Assembly (NCBI RefSeq): GCF_001457595.1
Contig: NZ_LN831039.1
Coordinates: forward strand, 3,600,001 to 3,632,000
DNA from: Mycolicibacterium smegmatis
GTDB taxonomy: Bacteria; Actinomycetota; Actinomycetes; Mycobacteriales; Mycobacteriaceae
Direction: 5' to 3'
DNA length: 32,000 nucleotides
The position numbers and the translations under genes were made by a program. A model generated the notes under the pieces. It was not told the origin of the DNA. It saw nothing but the letters and a program-made list of their open reading frames with translations, and did not search any database. This document shows positions 1 through 8,756 of the stretch, one piece after another (position 1 is the stretch's first letter; each line of letters starts with the position of its first letter).

Positions 1-9
1 AGGTTCACC

Positions 10-921
10 ATGCGCGTTTTTGTCACCGGAGCTTCCGGCTTCATCGGCTCCGCGGTAGCCGACGAGCTCATCGCTGCAGGTCACACCGTCATCGGGCTGG
101 CTCGATCCGATGCGTCGGCCGAGGCGCTGACACGGGCGGGTCACGAGGTCCACCGCGGAGACCTCACCGATCTGGACAGTCTTCGCGCAGGCGCCGCATC
201 CGCCGACGGGGTCATCCACCTCGCATTCGTGCACGATTTCGAGAACTTCGCCGGGGCTGTCCAGACCGACAGTGCCGCGATCGAGGCGCTCGGGGAGACA
301 CTGGCCGGGTCCGACCGTCCGCTTGTCGTCGCCGCGGGCGTCGCCGGCCTTCCGCGCGGCACCACCGAAGATGACGCGATTCCCGCCGGGTTCCCACGCC
401 TGTCGGAAACCACAGCGCTGAACCAGGTTTCGAAAGGCGTACGGGCCTCGGTGGTGCGCCTGCCACCGTCGGTGCACGGTCGTGGCGACTACGGATTCGT
501 GCCCAGGCTGATCTCGATCGCCCGCGAACGAGGTGTGTCGGGCTATCCGGGTGACGGGTCCAACGCGTGGTCGGCCGTGCACCGTGTCGATGCGGCACGC
601 GTGTTCCGGCTCGCGCTCGAAGATGCACCGGCAGGCTCGCGGTGGCACGCGGTGGCCGACGAGGGCATCGCAGTTCGGGAAATTGCCGAGACCATCGGTC
701 GCGGTCTCGGCCTGCCGGCGGTGTCGGTACCTCCCGACCAGGCGACGGCGCATTTCGGCTGGCTGGGTGGATTCTTCGCCGTCGATGCCAACCTGGGAAG
801 CGCGCTGACCAGGCAACGGTTGGGGTGGGAACCCACCGGTCCGGGTCTGCTGGCCGATCTCGACGCGGGGCACTATTTCGAGTCCGCCGCCGGCCAGGGT
901 CTCGAGACGGTCACGGGCTGA
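10..921 (+). CDS. NAD(P)-dependent SDR-family oxidoreductase (epimerase/dehydratase-type, atypical SDR)
   Basis: ATG at 10 opens a 303-aa ORF. The N-terminal Rossmann motif VTGASGFIGS is typical of extended/atypical SDRs. Codon usage is GC3-rich like the neighbouring genes. Confidence 0.8.
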   Translation: MRVFVTGASGFIGSAVADELIAAGHTVIGLARSDASAEALTRAGHEVHRGDLTDLDSLRAGAASADGVIHLAFVHDFENFAGAVQTDSAAIEALGETLAGSDRPLVVAAGVAGLPRGTTEDDAIPAGFPRLSETTALNQVSKGVRASVVRLPPSVHGRGDYGFVPRLISIARERGVSGYPGDGSNAWSAVHRVDAARVFRLALEDAPAGSRWHAVADEGIAVREIAETIGRGLGLPAVSVPPDQATAHFGWLGGFFAVDANLGSALTRQRLGWEPTGPGLLADLDAGHYFESAAGQGLETVTG

Positions 922-1003
922 CGGTCAATCGCTGCGCGGCCGGTCGATTCGAGGTTCACTGGAAGCCTCATCCGGCACACGCACGTGGGAAGGAGCAACC
1001 GTC

Positions 1004-2284
1004 ATGGTCGCCGAACCCAACCCTGTTCCCCCTGCGGCGACCCCCAGATCTGCTCCCCGCCACATCCGCCTGACGTCGCATCACGGCGCCGAGGGCGCGC
1101 TCGCCATCCGGTGGGGCGCGCCCACGGCCGCCGAACGCGGACCGTTGATCGGCACCACGACCACGCGCGCGCACCGCAACGTGATCGGTACCCACAGCGG
1201 TTCCTACAGCGTGTACCGCGCCCTGGCCGTCGCTTCCGGGGCGTTGTCACCAGAGCACCGGGCCGATCTGACCAACACCGCACCGACCGATGTCATCGGC
1301 CCGTATGCGCAATGGAGCGATCCGAGCGCGATCGTGAGTCTGGACCCGTGGGGCGCGATGGTGGCCGAGGCGTTCACCACCGAACTCGCGGCCGGTTTCG
1401 ACATCAGGCCCACCATCGCGATCACCAAGGCCCATGTGATCCTGCCCGAGATCGCCGATGCCATCGCCAAGGGCCGACTGCAGCCAGACGGACGGATTCT
1501 CCTTCCTAACGGCGCGGCGCTGGTGACCAAGGCCGCGATCGAGCCGGTGTGGTACCTGCCCGGGGTCGCGGCGCGATTCGGTTGCAGCGAGACCACTTTG
1601 CGTCGCGTGCTGTTCGAGGAGACCGGCGGCATGTACCCGGAGTTGGTCACCCGCAGCGATCTGGAGGTGTTCCTCCCGCCGATCGGCGGTCAGACGCTCT
1701 ACATCTTCGGCAACGCCCGCGACCTGGCCGATTCGTCGGTGGAACTGACCGCGCGGGTGCACGACGAGTGCAACGGTTCCGATGTCTTCGGCTCCGACAT
1801 CTGTACGTGCAGGCCCTATCTGACGCATGCGATCGAGGAGTGCATCCGGGGTGCGCAGCGCGGCGGGGTCGGTCTGGTGGCCTACTCCCGCAAGGAGGGC
1901 CGCGCACTCGGCGAGGTGACCAAGTTCCTCGTCTACAACGCACGCAAGCGGCAGGCCGGCGGCGACACCGCCGATCAGTATTTCGCCCGCACCGAGTGCG
2001 TGGCGGGCGTGCAGGACATGCGGTTCCAGGAGCTGATGCCGGATGTGTTGCACTGGTTGGGGATCCGCAAGATCCACCGACTGGTGTCCATGAGCAACAT
2101 GAAGTACGACGCGATCGTCGGCTCCGGCATCGAGGTGGGCGAGCGCATCAACATTCCCGAGGAATTGATCCCGGCCGACGCCCGCGTGGAGATCGACGCC
2201 AAGATGGCCGCGGGATACTTCACGCCTGGACCGGTTCCCGACGCCGAAGAACTGAAGATCGCGAAAGGCCGCGAACTCGCCTGA
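1004..2284 (+). CDS. GTP cyclohydrolase II-like protein, URC1/urg1 type (uracil catabolism)
   Basis: ATG at 1004 is preceded by GGGAAGGAG; 426 aa. The C-terminal half carries a RibA-type Cys cluster (ECNGSDVFGSDICTCRPYL) and the segment SRKEGRALGEVTKFLVYN. There is a long N-terminal extension, as in URC1-type rather than riboflavin RibA enzymes. The gene sits directly upstream of a DUF1688 gene and upp. Confidence 0.8.
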   Translation: MVAEPNPVPPAATPRSAPRHIRLTSHHGAEGALAIRWGAPTAAERGPLIGTTTTRAHRNVIGTHSGSYSVYRALAVASGALSPEHRADLTNTAPTDVIGPYAQWSDPSAIVSLDPWGAMVAEAFTTELAAGFDIRPTIAITKAHVILPEIADAIAKGRLQPDGRILLPNGAALVTKAAIEPVWYLPGVAARFGCSETTLRRVLFEETGGMYPELVTRSDLEVFLPPIGGQTLYIFGNARDLADSSVELTARVHDECNGSDVFGSDICTCRPYLTHAIEECIRGAQRGGVGLVAYSRKEGRALGEVTKFLVYNARKRQAGGDTADQYFARTECVAGVQDMRFQELMPDVLHWLGIRKIHRLVSMSNMKYDAIVGSGIEVGERINIPEELIPADARVEIDAKMAAGYFTPGPVPDAEELKIAKGRELA

Positions 2285-3483
2285 TGAGCCACGCCGATGT
2301 GCCTGCCGCGGTGACGGCGCTGCGTCGCACGCAGACCATCCGTGAGCGCGCGCGTTTCCTGTACCACCGTGCCCGCGACGGGGGCTCTGCGTGGTTCACC
2401 GTCGACGACGACGCGCTCGAACGCGCCGCGTCGGAGGTCGCCGCGGTCACGCGGGACAACTACCCGGACCTCAAGATCCCGTACCACAGCCGGTGGCGGC
2501 ACTTCGAGGCCGGCGGGATCGACCGCAGGCAGCAGATCGGCACGCGTGTGTCCGGCGGCGACGCCCTCACGCGCGCGATGGTCGACCTGACCGTCGTGAG
2601 CGTGCTGCTCGATGCGGGTGCCGGACCGGACTGGCGCTACACCGAACCCGGTACCGGACAGACCTTCACCCGCTCGGAAGGCCTCGGCGTCGCGAGCCTC
2701 CACGCGTTCTGCGATGGCCTGTTCTCCAGCGACCCGCAGGATCCGCTGCGGGTGGACGCGGCAGGCCTGGCCCGGCTCGACACCCACGCGCTGGGCCGTG
2801 CGTTCCAGGTGGGGCCCGGCAACCCCCTGGTGGGCCTGGACGGGCGGGTCGAATTGCTGCACCGACTGGGCGGTGCGCTCACCGAGGTATCCGGTGCGGC
2901 GCGGCCGAGCGCACTGCTCGAACCGCTTCTCGGCCGCGGCCCGGTGGCCGCACACGACATCCTCGACCGGCTGCTGGCGTCGCTCAGCGGAATCTGGTTG
3001 ACGCCCAGCGCCATCGAGGGACATCCGCTGGGCGACTGCTGGCCGCATGACGCGGTGCCCGGACCGGGACCGTCGGCGGGATGGATGCCGTTCCACAAGC
3101 TGTCGCAGTGGCTCACCTACTCGCTGCTCGAGCCGTTCGAGTGGGCCGGGGAGCGGATCACCGGACTCGACGAACTCACGGGTCTGCCCGAGTACCGCAA
3201 CGGCGGCCTGTTCCTCGACACCGGGGTGCTGCGGCTACGCGATGACAACCTGACCGAGCGCGCCTGGTCGGTGGGCGACCAACTCATCATCGAATGGCGC
3301 GCGCTGACCGTGGCACTCCTCGACGAGATCGCGCCCCTGGTCCGGGAACTGCTCGGCGTGCCGGACCTGCCGCTGGCATGCGTGCTCGAAGGCGGCACCT
3401 GGGCTGCCGGCCGCGCGTTGGCACAACGCCTGCGTGGCGGCAGGCCACCGCTGGTCATCGACAGTGACGGCACCGTCTTCTAG
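2284..3483 (+). CDS. URC4/urg3-family protein (DUF1688)
   Basis: ATG at 2284 overlaps the TGA of the upstream gene (cTGATGagc); 399 aa. The listed 644-aa ORF 1549..3483 is this gene plus a spurious 5' extension that overlaps the URC1-like gene in another frame. I recognised the family from memory (segment [14 protein letters not shown], size, and the URC1/upp context), not from a search. Confidence 0.7.
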   Translation: MSHADVPAAVTALRRTQTIRERARFLYHRARDGGSAWFTVDDDALERAASEVAAVTRDNYPDLKIPYHSRWRHFEAGGIDRRQQIGTRVSGGDALTRAMVDLTVVSVLLDAGAGPDWRYTEPGTGQTFTRSEGLGVASLHAFCDGLFSSDPQDPLRVDAAGLARLDTHALGRAFQVGPGNPLVGLDGRVELLHRLGGALTEVSGAARPSALLEPLLGRGPVAAHDILDRLLASLSGIWLTPSAIEGHPLGDCWPHDAVPGPGPSAGWMPFHKLSQWLTYSLLEPFEWAGERITGLDELTGLPEYRNGGLFLDTGVLRLRDDNLTERAWSVGDQLIIEWRALTVALLDEIAPLVRELLGVPDLPLACVLEGGTWAAGRALAQRLRGGRPPLVIDSDGTVF

Positions 3484-3493
3484 AGAGGACACG

Positions 3494-4123
3494 ATGGGCA
3501 CCCTGCACCTGATCGAACACCCGCTGGTCCAGCACAAGCTCACGCTCATGCGTCAGAAAGACCTGTCCAGCAAGGGCTTCCGGCAGCTTCTGAACGAGAT
3601 CTCGATGTTGATGGCCTATGAGGTGCTGCGTGACATCCCGTTGCACGACGTCGAGATCGAGACGCCGCTGGAGCACATGACCGGGACGGTGATCGACGGC
3701 AAGAAACTGGTGTTCGTGTCGATCCTGCGGGCGGGCAACGGCATCCTCGACGGCATGCTCAGCGTCGTGCCCAACGCCCGCGTCGGCCACATCGGCCTCT
3801 ATCGTGATCCGAAAACCCTTGTCGCGGTGGAGTACTACTTCAAGCTGCCCAACGACGTGGCCGAGCGCGACGTCGTCGTGGTCGACCCGATGCTGGCCAC
3901 CGGGAACTCCGCGGTCGCCGCGATCGACCGCGTCAAGGAGCAGCGGCCCCGTTCGATCAAGTTCGTCTGCCTGCTGACATGCCCGGAGGGCATCGCCGCG
4001 GTACAGGAAGCCCATCCCGAGGTGACGATCTACACCGCGGCGGTCGACCGTGCACTCGATGAGCACGGCTACATCGTGCCGGGACTCGGCGACGCCGGCG
4101 ACCGCATCTTCGGCACGAAATGA
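3494..4123 (+). CDS. upp: uracil phosphoribosyltransferase
   Basis: ATG at 3494 with GAGAGGA upstream; 209 aa. The protein starts [20 protein letters not shown], has the PRPP loop [13 protein letters not shown] and ends with the C-terminal signature [16 protein letters not shown]. Confidence 0.93.
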   Translation: MGTLHLIEHPLVQHKLTLMRQKDLSSKGFRQLLNEISMLMAYEVLRDIPLHDVEIETPLEHMTGTVIDGKKLVFVSILRAGNGILDGMLSVVPNARVGHIGLYRDPKTLVAVEYYFKLPNDVAERDVVVVDPMLATGNSAVAAIDRVKEQRPRSIKFVCLLTCPEGIAAVQEAHPEVTIYTAAVDRALDEHGYIVPGLGDAGDRIFGTK

Positions 4124-4836
4124 GCCGGCCGGGCACCCGCGTCGCCCCCGCCCGCCCGCCGCACCGGTGGGGACTGGGCGCCTTCGTGCTCGTCGAGGTG
4201 GTCTATCTGGCGGTGTCCGGAGCGTTCGCGCTCGCCGCCGCGCGGGCCGAACCGCCGGTGGGGCTGATACTGGTCACGATCGCCGTTCCCACCGTGCTCG
4301 CGGCCTCGCTCGCGGTACTGATCGCACGCATCCGGGGCAACGGCGCGCGCACCGATTTCCGGCTGCGCTGGTCCTGGCGCGAACTGTGGATCGGGATCGC
4401 ATTCGGTTTCGGAGGCCTGTTCGTCACGCTGCCCGCGGCGGCACTCTACCTGTCGATCGTCGGCTCCGACACCACGTCGGCGGTGGGCGAGGTGTTCGAA
4501 GGCGTGCGTGCGACATGGCCTTTGGCGCTCACGGTGTTCGCGACGGTGACGTTCGTCGCGCCGGTGTGCGAGGAGATCGTCTACCGCGGCCTGTTGTGGC
4601 GAGCGCTCGAACAGCGCTGGGGACGCATCGTCGCGGCGCTGGTGTCCACCGTGGTGTTCGCGCTCGCGCACTTCGAGCCTGTGCGGGCGCCGCTGCTGCT
4701 GGTGGTCGCGATCCCGATCGCCGTCGCACGGCTGTACACCGACGGACTGCTGGCCGGGATAGCGGCCCACCAGGTCACCAACCTGCTACCCGGCCTGGTG
4801 CTCATGTACGGGCTGATGGGTATGACGCCGGCCTGA
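4120..4836 (+). CDS. CPBP-family intramembrane glutamic endopeptidase (CAAX protease / Abi family)
   Basis: ATG at 4120 overlaps the upp stop (ATGA). The protein is multi-pass hydrophobic. CPBP motif 1 is CEEIVYRG (EExxxR) and motif 2 is VVFALAHF (FxxxH). Confidence 0.8.
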   Translation: MSRPGTRVAPARPPHRWGLGAFVLVEVVYLAVSGAFALAAARAEPPVGLILVTIAVPTVLAASLAVLIARIRGNGARTDFRLRWSWRELWIGIAFGFGGLFVTLPAAALYLSIVGSDTTSAVGEVFEGVRATWPLALTVFATVTFVAPVCEEIVYRGLLWRALEQRWGRIVAALVSTVVFALAHFEPVRAPLLLVVAIPIAVARLYTDGLLAGIAAHQVTNLLPGLVLMYGLMGMTPA

Positions 4837-4839
4837 ACG

Positions 4840-5622
4840 TCACCTCCTGCGGTCGCGCACCTTGTACGTCGAGGGCCACGACATGCGGCTCTCGTCGCCC
4901 ACCAGCGGGGTGCCCGAGCCGCCGACCCGCACGTCGTAGGCCTCCTGGCCGGGCCCGACCTCGCGATTGGCATGCTCCTGCGCCAGGTAGTACAGCTCGT
5001 CGATGGCGGCCTCGCTGTACGCCACGAACGTGGTCTTGCGGACCACGTCGTTGATGCCCTCCATCATGCGGTCGGGCAGGACGCGCGACACCAGCGCCGC
5101 CACGCCGAGCAACGCGAACGGTATGACCCAGTAGCACACGAACGACAACGGAGTTTTGGTGTCGAGGATCGTGGCGTCGCCCTGCACGATCGGCGGGATG
5201 GCAGACGAGACCGTCATCCCGGCGAATGCACCGACCCACACCCACGTGAGGATCGCGACGATGCGCTTGAACAGATCGCTTTCCACGACCCCCGGCGGCT
5301 GGCCGACCTCTGCGTACTCCTTGACGAACGGTTTGCCGATGATCGCGCCGACGAGTGCGACCAGGAAGATGCCTGCGTTGCTCAGCGGCTGCATCCACCG
5401 CTCCATCGCGTCCTGGCTTAGCACGAAGGTCAGGACCGTCAGGACCAAAAACGTCGCCAGCGCGCCGATCTCCAGTGTCCGCCCCGGAGTGCCCGAGATC
5501 CTGCTGATGACGAACGTGGCAACGGCGGTCGCCAGCGCGATCAGCACCGCGGTGAGGAACGGGACGTTGCCGACGAGTACCCAGTAGATGATCCATGGCG
5601 CGAAGCCGAACAGTATGCCCAC
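4840..5622 (-). CDS. hypothetical integral membrane protein with a soluble C-terminal domain
   Basis: 260-aa ORF with a GTG start at 5622. There are about six hydrophobic helices followed by a charged tail (YYLAQEHANREVGPGQEAY). It lies 57 nt downstream of the M48 gene on the same strand. I did not recognise a family. Confidence 0.6.
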   Translation of the reverse strand: MGILFGFAPWIIYWVLVGNVPFLTAVLIALATAVATFVISRISGTPGRTLEIGALATFLVLTVLTFVLSQDAMERWMQPLSNAGIFLVALVGAIIGKPFVKEYAEVGQPPGVVESDLFKRIVAILTWVWVGAFAGMTVSSAIPPIVQGDATILDTKTPLSFVCYWVIPFALLGVAALVSRVLPDRMMEGINDVVRKTTFVAYSEAAIDELYYLAQEHANREVGPGQEAYDVRVGGSGTPLVGDESRMSWPSTYKVRDRRR

Positions 5623-5679
5623 GAGGGGACAGTCTAGGGGCTTACCGTTGGCAGTTCGGCAAGTATCACGGCATGGGTG

Positions 5680-6801
5680 TCAGCCGGCGTCGTCCGACCC
5701 GGAATCCGGCTCGGGGCCATCGCGGCGGTCATCGCGCCGGGCATCGCGCTGGGCACTGCGGCGCCACTCGGAGATCTTGCGGCCCACCGAGTCCGCCGCA
5801 GATGTCGCAGCCTGTCCCACGCCGTCGACGATGCCGCCGAGGCCGTCTCTGATCCCACGGATCAGCGGATCGTCCGACTGGTCGAAACCGTCCCGGTAGT
5901 GGCGCGCCGCCTCGCCGATGTCATCGCGCAACGCGGCTTTGTCGTCGTCTTCGCGACGTGGATAGTCCCCTGCCATGACCGCGCCGTAGCCACCGGTGTC
6001 CACCCACTGCGTCAGGGCCGCGGCCCGCAACACCGAGAACGGATGTGTCTTCAGTTCCAGGTTGAGCAGCTTGAGCAGACCGTCGCGCATATCGCCTGCG
6101 CGTTCGTACTCCCGCGCCTGCGCGAGGAACGCCTGCGAGTCGAGCTTGTCGAGCCGCGCCCCGGCCGCGAGCTTCAACTCGACTCGGATCGCGGTGTCGA
6201 GATCCTGGCCGCACAGCAACCCGGCCCGGTCTCCCGAAAGTTCGGATTTACGTTCCCATTCCATCAGAGCGGCGACGATGGCGCGCAGCGCCCAGCCGCC
6301 GATCGGGACGAACCCGAACGTCGAGGCGATCCGCATGAGATGCATCAGCATGGTGCGGTACACCGCGTGACCGCTGAGGGCATGGCCGAGTTCGTGACCG
6401 ATGACGAAACGCATCTCGTCGTGCGACATGAGGTCGTACATGCCGGAGGTGATCACGATGAACGGTTCGTCCATACCGATCGTGTACGCATTCGCCACCG
6501 GCGACTGTGTCACGAACATCTCCGGGCGGCTCGGCGCGTCGAGCACCCGGGCGCAGTCGTCGAGCAGCTCGTCGAGATCGGCGAACTGGCGCGGCCCCAC
6601 ACGTGCCGAACTCGCGAGGTACAACAGGCGGTGCTGCCGTTCGCGGAGCATCCCGGAGAGCACCTTGAGGACCTGGTCGAAGCCCTTGAGCCGGCGCAGT
6701 GCGGTCAGCGCGGTCCGATCTGCCGGATGCTCCCACGCACGGGAACTGATCCCCGGAAAAGTCGTCCGCTGCGGCGGTTGCGTCGCCGGTGGTCGGGTCA
6801 T
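5680..6801 (-). CDS. M48-family zinc metallopeptidase
   Basis: Zinc motif HELGH within FVIGHELGHALSGHAVYR. I prefer the ATG at 6801 (MTRPPATQ), which is preceded by GAAAGGGG. The longest ORF starts at 6834. The C-terminus is acidic/basic low-complexity sequence. Confidence 0.8.
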   Translation of the reverse strand: MTRPPATQPPQRTTFPGISSRAWEHPADRTALTALRRLKGFDQVLKVLSGMLRERQHRLLYLASSARVGPRQFADLDELLDDCARVLDAPSRPEMFVTQSPVANAYTIGMDEPFIVITSGMYDLMSHDEMRFVIGHELGHALSGHAVYRTMLMHLMRIASTFGFVPIGGWALRAIVAALMEWERKSELSGDRAGLLCGQDLDTAIRVELKLAAGARLDKLDSQAFLAQAREYERAGDMRDGLLKLLNLELKTHPFSVLRAAALTQWVDTGGYGAVMAGDYPRREDDDKAALRDDIGEAARHYRDGFDQSDDPLIRGIRDGLGGIVDGVGQAATSAADSVGRKISEWRRSAQRDARRDDRRDGPEPDSGSDDAG

Positions 6802-6885
6802 GTGGAACCGCCCCTTTCGTCGCCTGCAGGTCAACCCTACGGACGGCGGACGAGGGGCGGTGCCACTTTTTGCCGCGGTGCGGGA

Positions 6886-7548
6886 TCAGGCGATGATGCG
6901 CACCAGGTACGGCGTCATGTTCTCCGTGCGCACCGGGGACACCTGGACACCGGAGTCGGTGGTTTCGACCATCTGGCCGTTGCCGACGAACAGCGCCACG
7001 CTCTGCGTGCCCTCGGGGCCGTAGAAGATGAGGTCACCGGGAAGGGCTTGCGACGGCAGGACCTTCTGGCCCACCTTGTACTGCTCACCGGAGGAGCGCG
7101 GCATCTTCACACCGGCGCCCGCGAATGCGTAGACGATGAGCCCGGAGGCGTCGAAGCCGACGACGTCGGGCGCCGGGGCGGCGACCGGGGCCACCAGGCC
7201 CGGAGTGATCGCCGGTGCGCTCAGGCCGGGCGTCACCGCGGGCGTGTTCAGGCCCGGCGTCAGCGCCTCGGGCGTCGCGGCAGGCGCGAGGCCCGGATAG
7301 GCGCCGGTGGGAACGGCTGCGGCAGGCGGGATCTCGCGCGGAACACCGCGGGTGGGACCGTTGACGTCACCACCGCCGTAGGTGAACGGCACACCGCGCT
7401 GCGAAAGCGCCCTGGCGATGACGATTTCGACGAATCTCTGGTTGCCGGCGGGCCGGTCGTACGGGGCGGCGGCGGCGATCCCCGGGATCCCCAAGAGCAC
7501 CGCGGTGCTCACCGCAAGACTCACCAAAACGGCATACGCGCGTCTCAT
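6886..7548 (-). CDS. secreted NlpC/P60 (Rip-like) domain protein with substituted catalytic residues (RipD-like pseudo-endopeptidase)
   Basis: ATG at 7548 (MRRAYAVLVSLAVSTAVLLGIPGIAAA, a signal peptide), with GAGAGAG upstream. The domain blocks are GVPFTYGGGDVNGPTRG ... VVGFDASGL ... GDLIFYGPEGTQSVALFVGNGQMVETT ... MTPYLVRIIA. The canonical DCSG Cys is Ala and the canonical His is Ser. Confidence 0.8.
   Translation of the reverse strand: MRRAYAVLVSLAVSTAVLLGIPGIAAAAPYDRPAGNQRFVEIVIARALSQRGVPFTYGGGDVNGPTRGVPREIPPAAAVPTGAYPGLAPAATPEALTPGLNTPAVTPGLSAPAITPGLVAPVAAPAPDVVGFDASGLIVYAFAGAGVKMPRSSGEQYKVGQKVLPSQALPGDLIFYGPEGTQSVALFVGNGQMVETTDSGVQVSPVRTENMTPYLVRIIA
7195..7275 (-). repeat. 3 x 27-bp in-frame tandem repeat inside the NlpC/P60 gene (9-aa units A[LVI]TPGL[NSV][TA]P)
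   Basis: The plus-strand units are caggcccggagtgatcgccggtgcgct, caggccgggcgtcaccgcgggcgtgtt and caggcccggcgtcagcgcctcgggcgt. They encode LTPGLNTP-AVTPGLSAP-AITPGLVAP. Confidence 0.8.
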
Positions 7549-7900
7549 CCGAACATCAACTCTCTCGACCTCGGGGTGAAACACGACGCTGACTGCTGGT
7601 CGACTCCAGTAGCGTCAATTAGTTCTACCCCGCCGCGCGGCGGTTTGCCCAATCCGTAAGGGGCACAGGGCTGATCAGATGCAATACCGTGACCGAACGG
7701 TGATGCACCGCCGTCCGGGGTGACTCCGGACACGCCGCCGCGCAGTGACGATACCGGCGTGCGGCGACATCACGGTCACGTCACCTCCGCCGTGCCACAC
7801 CCGACGCCACGCGCCGGAGGACGACCGGAAGATGGTTGCTGGAGCGATGATCGGCCAGACACCCACCACGCGGGCGCCGTTCGACTGCCAGGATGAGCAC

Positions 7901-8578
7901 ATGCACCCGAACCCGCTCACCTTCTCGGCCCGGTTGTGGCAGCAGATCGAAACCGTCTATGAGGAGATCCTCGCCCACCCGTTTCTCACCGGTCTCACCG
8001 ACGGCACGCTCGACGAGAAGACGTTCGCCCATTACGTCGCCCAGGATGTGCACTATCTGCGCGACTACGCACGCGCGTTGTCGATCGTCGCGGCCAAGGC
8101 CCCCACCCTCGCCGACACCGCGATGTTCGCCCGCCACGCCGCCGAGGTCTTCGACGTCGAACTCGGCCTGCACGGTGAACTCCTGCCCGAACTCGGTCTG
8201 GATGCCGCGACGCTGGAGGCCGAGCCGGTCGGGCCGACCACCCAGGCCTACACCAGTTACCTGCTCGCCACCGCCTATGCGGGCAGCTTCGCCGACGGTC
8301 TGGCCGCGGTGCTGCCGTGCTACTGGATCTATGCACGCGTGGGCGCCGAGCTGATGCAGCGCGGTTCCAGCGACCCCCGGTACCAGCGCTGGATCGACAG
8401 CTACGGCGGCGAGGAGTTCGCGGCGACCGTCGCCGAGGTGCTCGCCCTCACCGATCGCCTCGGTGCGACACTCGGCGAAACCGAACAGGCCACCGCGCAG
8501 CGACATTTCGTGGTCACATCCCGCTACGAGTGGATGTTCTTCGACGCCGCGCACCGCCGCGAGCAGTGGCCGGTGTGA
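7901..8578 (+). CDS. tenA: thiaminase II / aminopyrimidine aminohydrolase (TenA family)
   Basis: ATG at 7901 with AGGA 7 nt upstream; 225 aa. The protein starts MHPNPLTFSARLWQQIETVYEEILAHPFLTGLTDGTLDEKTFAHYVAQDVHYLRDYARAL, which is typical of TenA. In-frame alternative starts exist at 7832 (ATG) and 7745 (GTG). Confidence 0.85.
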   Translation: MHPNPLTFSARLWQQIETVYEEILAHPFLTGLTDGTLDEKTFAHYVAQDVHYLRDYARALSIVAAKAPTLADTAMFARHAAEVFDVELGLHGELLPELGLDAATLEAEPVGPTTQAYTSYLLATAYAGSFADGLAAVLPCYWIYARVGAELMQRGSSDPRYQRWIDSYGGEEFAATVAEVLALTDRLGATLGETEQATAQRHFVVTSRYEWMFFDAAHRREQWPV

Positions 8579-8618
8579 AAGCGCCCGTAAAAGCGCCAGG
8601 GTCGAACCGGAATACGAA

Positions 8619-8653
8619 GACCCCCACCCACGCGCGATGAGTGGGTGAGGGTC
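8619..8653. terminator. GC-rich hairpin between convergent tenA and tpx (candidate bidirectional terminator)
   Basis: GACCCCCACCCAC-gcgcgatga-GTGGGTGAGGGTC forms a 13-bp stem with one mismatch. There is no U tract, as is common in mycobacteria. Confidence 0.5.
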
Positions 8654-8682
8654 TGCGGTCGGTATTCGAGAACTCGTGTCAA

Positions 8683-8756
8683 CCGAGCGCTTTCAGCGCT
8701 TCTGCTAGCCGAGCGCTTTCAGCGCTTCTGCTAGCCGAGCGCTTTCAGCGCTTCTG

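Noticed and set aside
1549-2283. A 5' extension of the DUF1688 ORF (the listed 644-aa ORF), and a similar extension of the cupin ORF (12918..13304).
   Set aside because: Each extension overlaps the preceding well-supported gene in another frame and translates to Arg/Gly-rich nonsense. Internal starts with an SD or coupling signal (ATG 2284, TTG 12917) give proteins of normal family length.
5677-7659. Very long ORFs antisense to, or out of frame with, confident genes. Examples: 5677..7659 (+), 13522..15045 (+), 17640..18965 (+), 17443..18783 (-), 19859..21091 (-), 24228..25289 (-), 26375..27268 (-).
   Set aside because: These are typical shadow ORFs of a high-G+C genome. Their translations are Arg/Pro/Gly/Ala-rich low-complexity strings with no motifs, and each fully overlaps a gene with clear family signatures.
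7572-7680. ydaO/c-di-AMP riboswitch-like fragments (GGGGUGAAAC ... GCCCAAUCCG) near the NlpC/P60 gene.
   Set aside because: The fragments are on the plus strand, which is antisense to the NlpC/P60 gene they would be expected to control. The 5' half of the motif would have to lie inside the coding region. The conserved ACAGCUAACCUCGUAAGCG tail is not present.
7585-7900. A TPP (THI-box) riboswitch upstream of tenA.
   Set aside because: There is no CUGAGA element and no ACCUGAUC..GG..CCNGCG..AGGGA arrangement. I saw only loose fragments (GGGGCAC, GCUGAUCAGA, GAUACCGGCGUG) in an order and spacing that do not build the P2-P5 architecture. A covariance-model scan is needed before any such call.
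8595-8625. A tRNA-like GGTCGAACCGG string, as a possible T-arm.
   Set aside because: The surrounding sequence cannot be folded into a cloverleaf: there is no acceptor stem, D-arm or anticodon arm. It is simply part of the tenA-tpx spacer.
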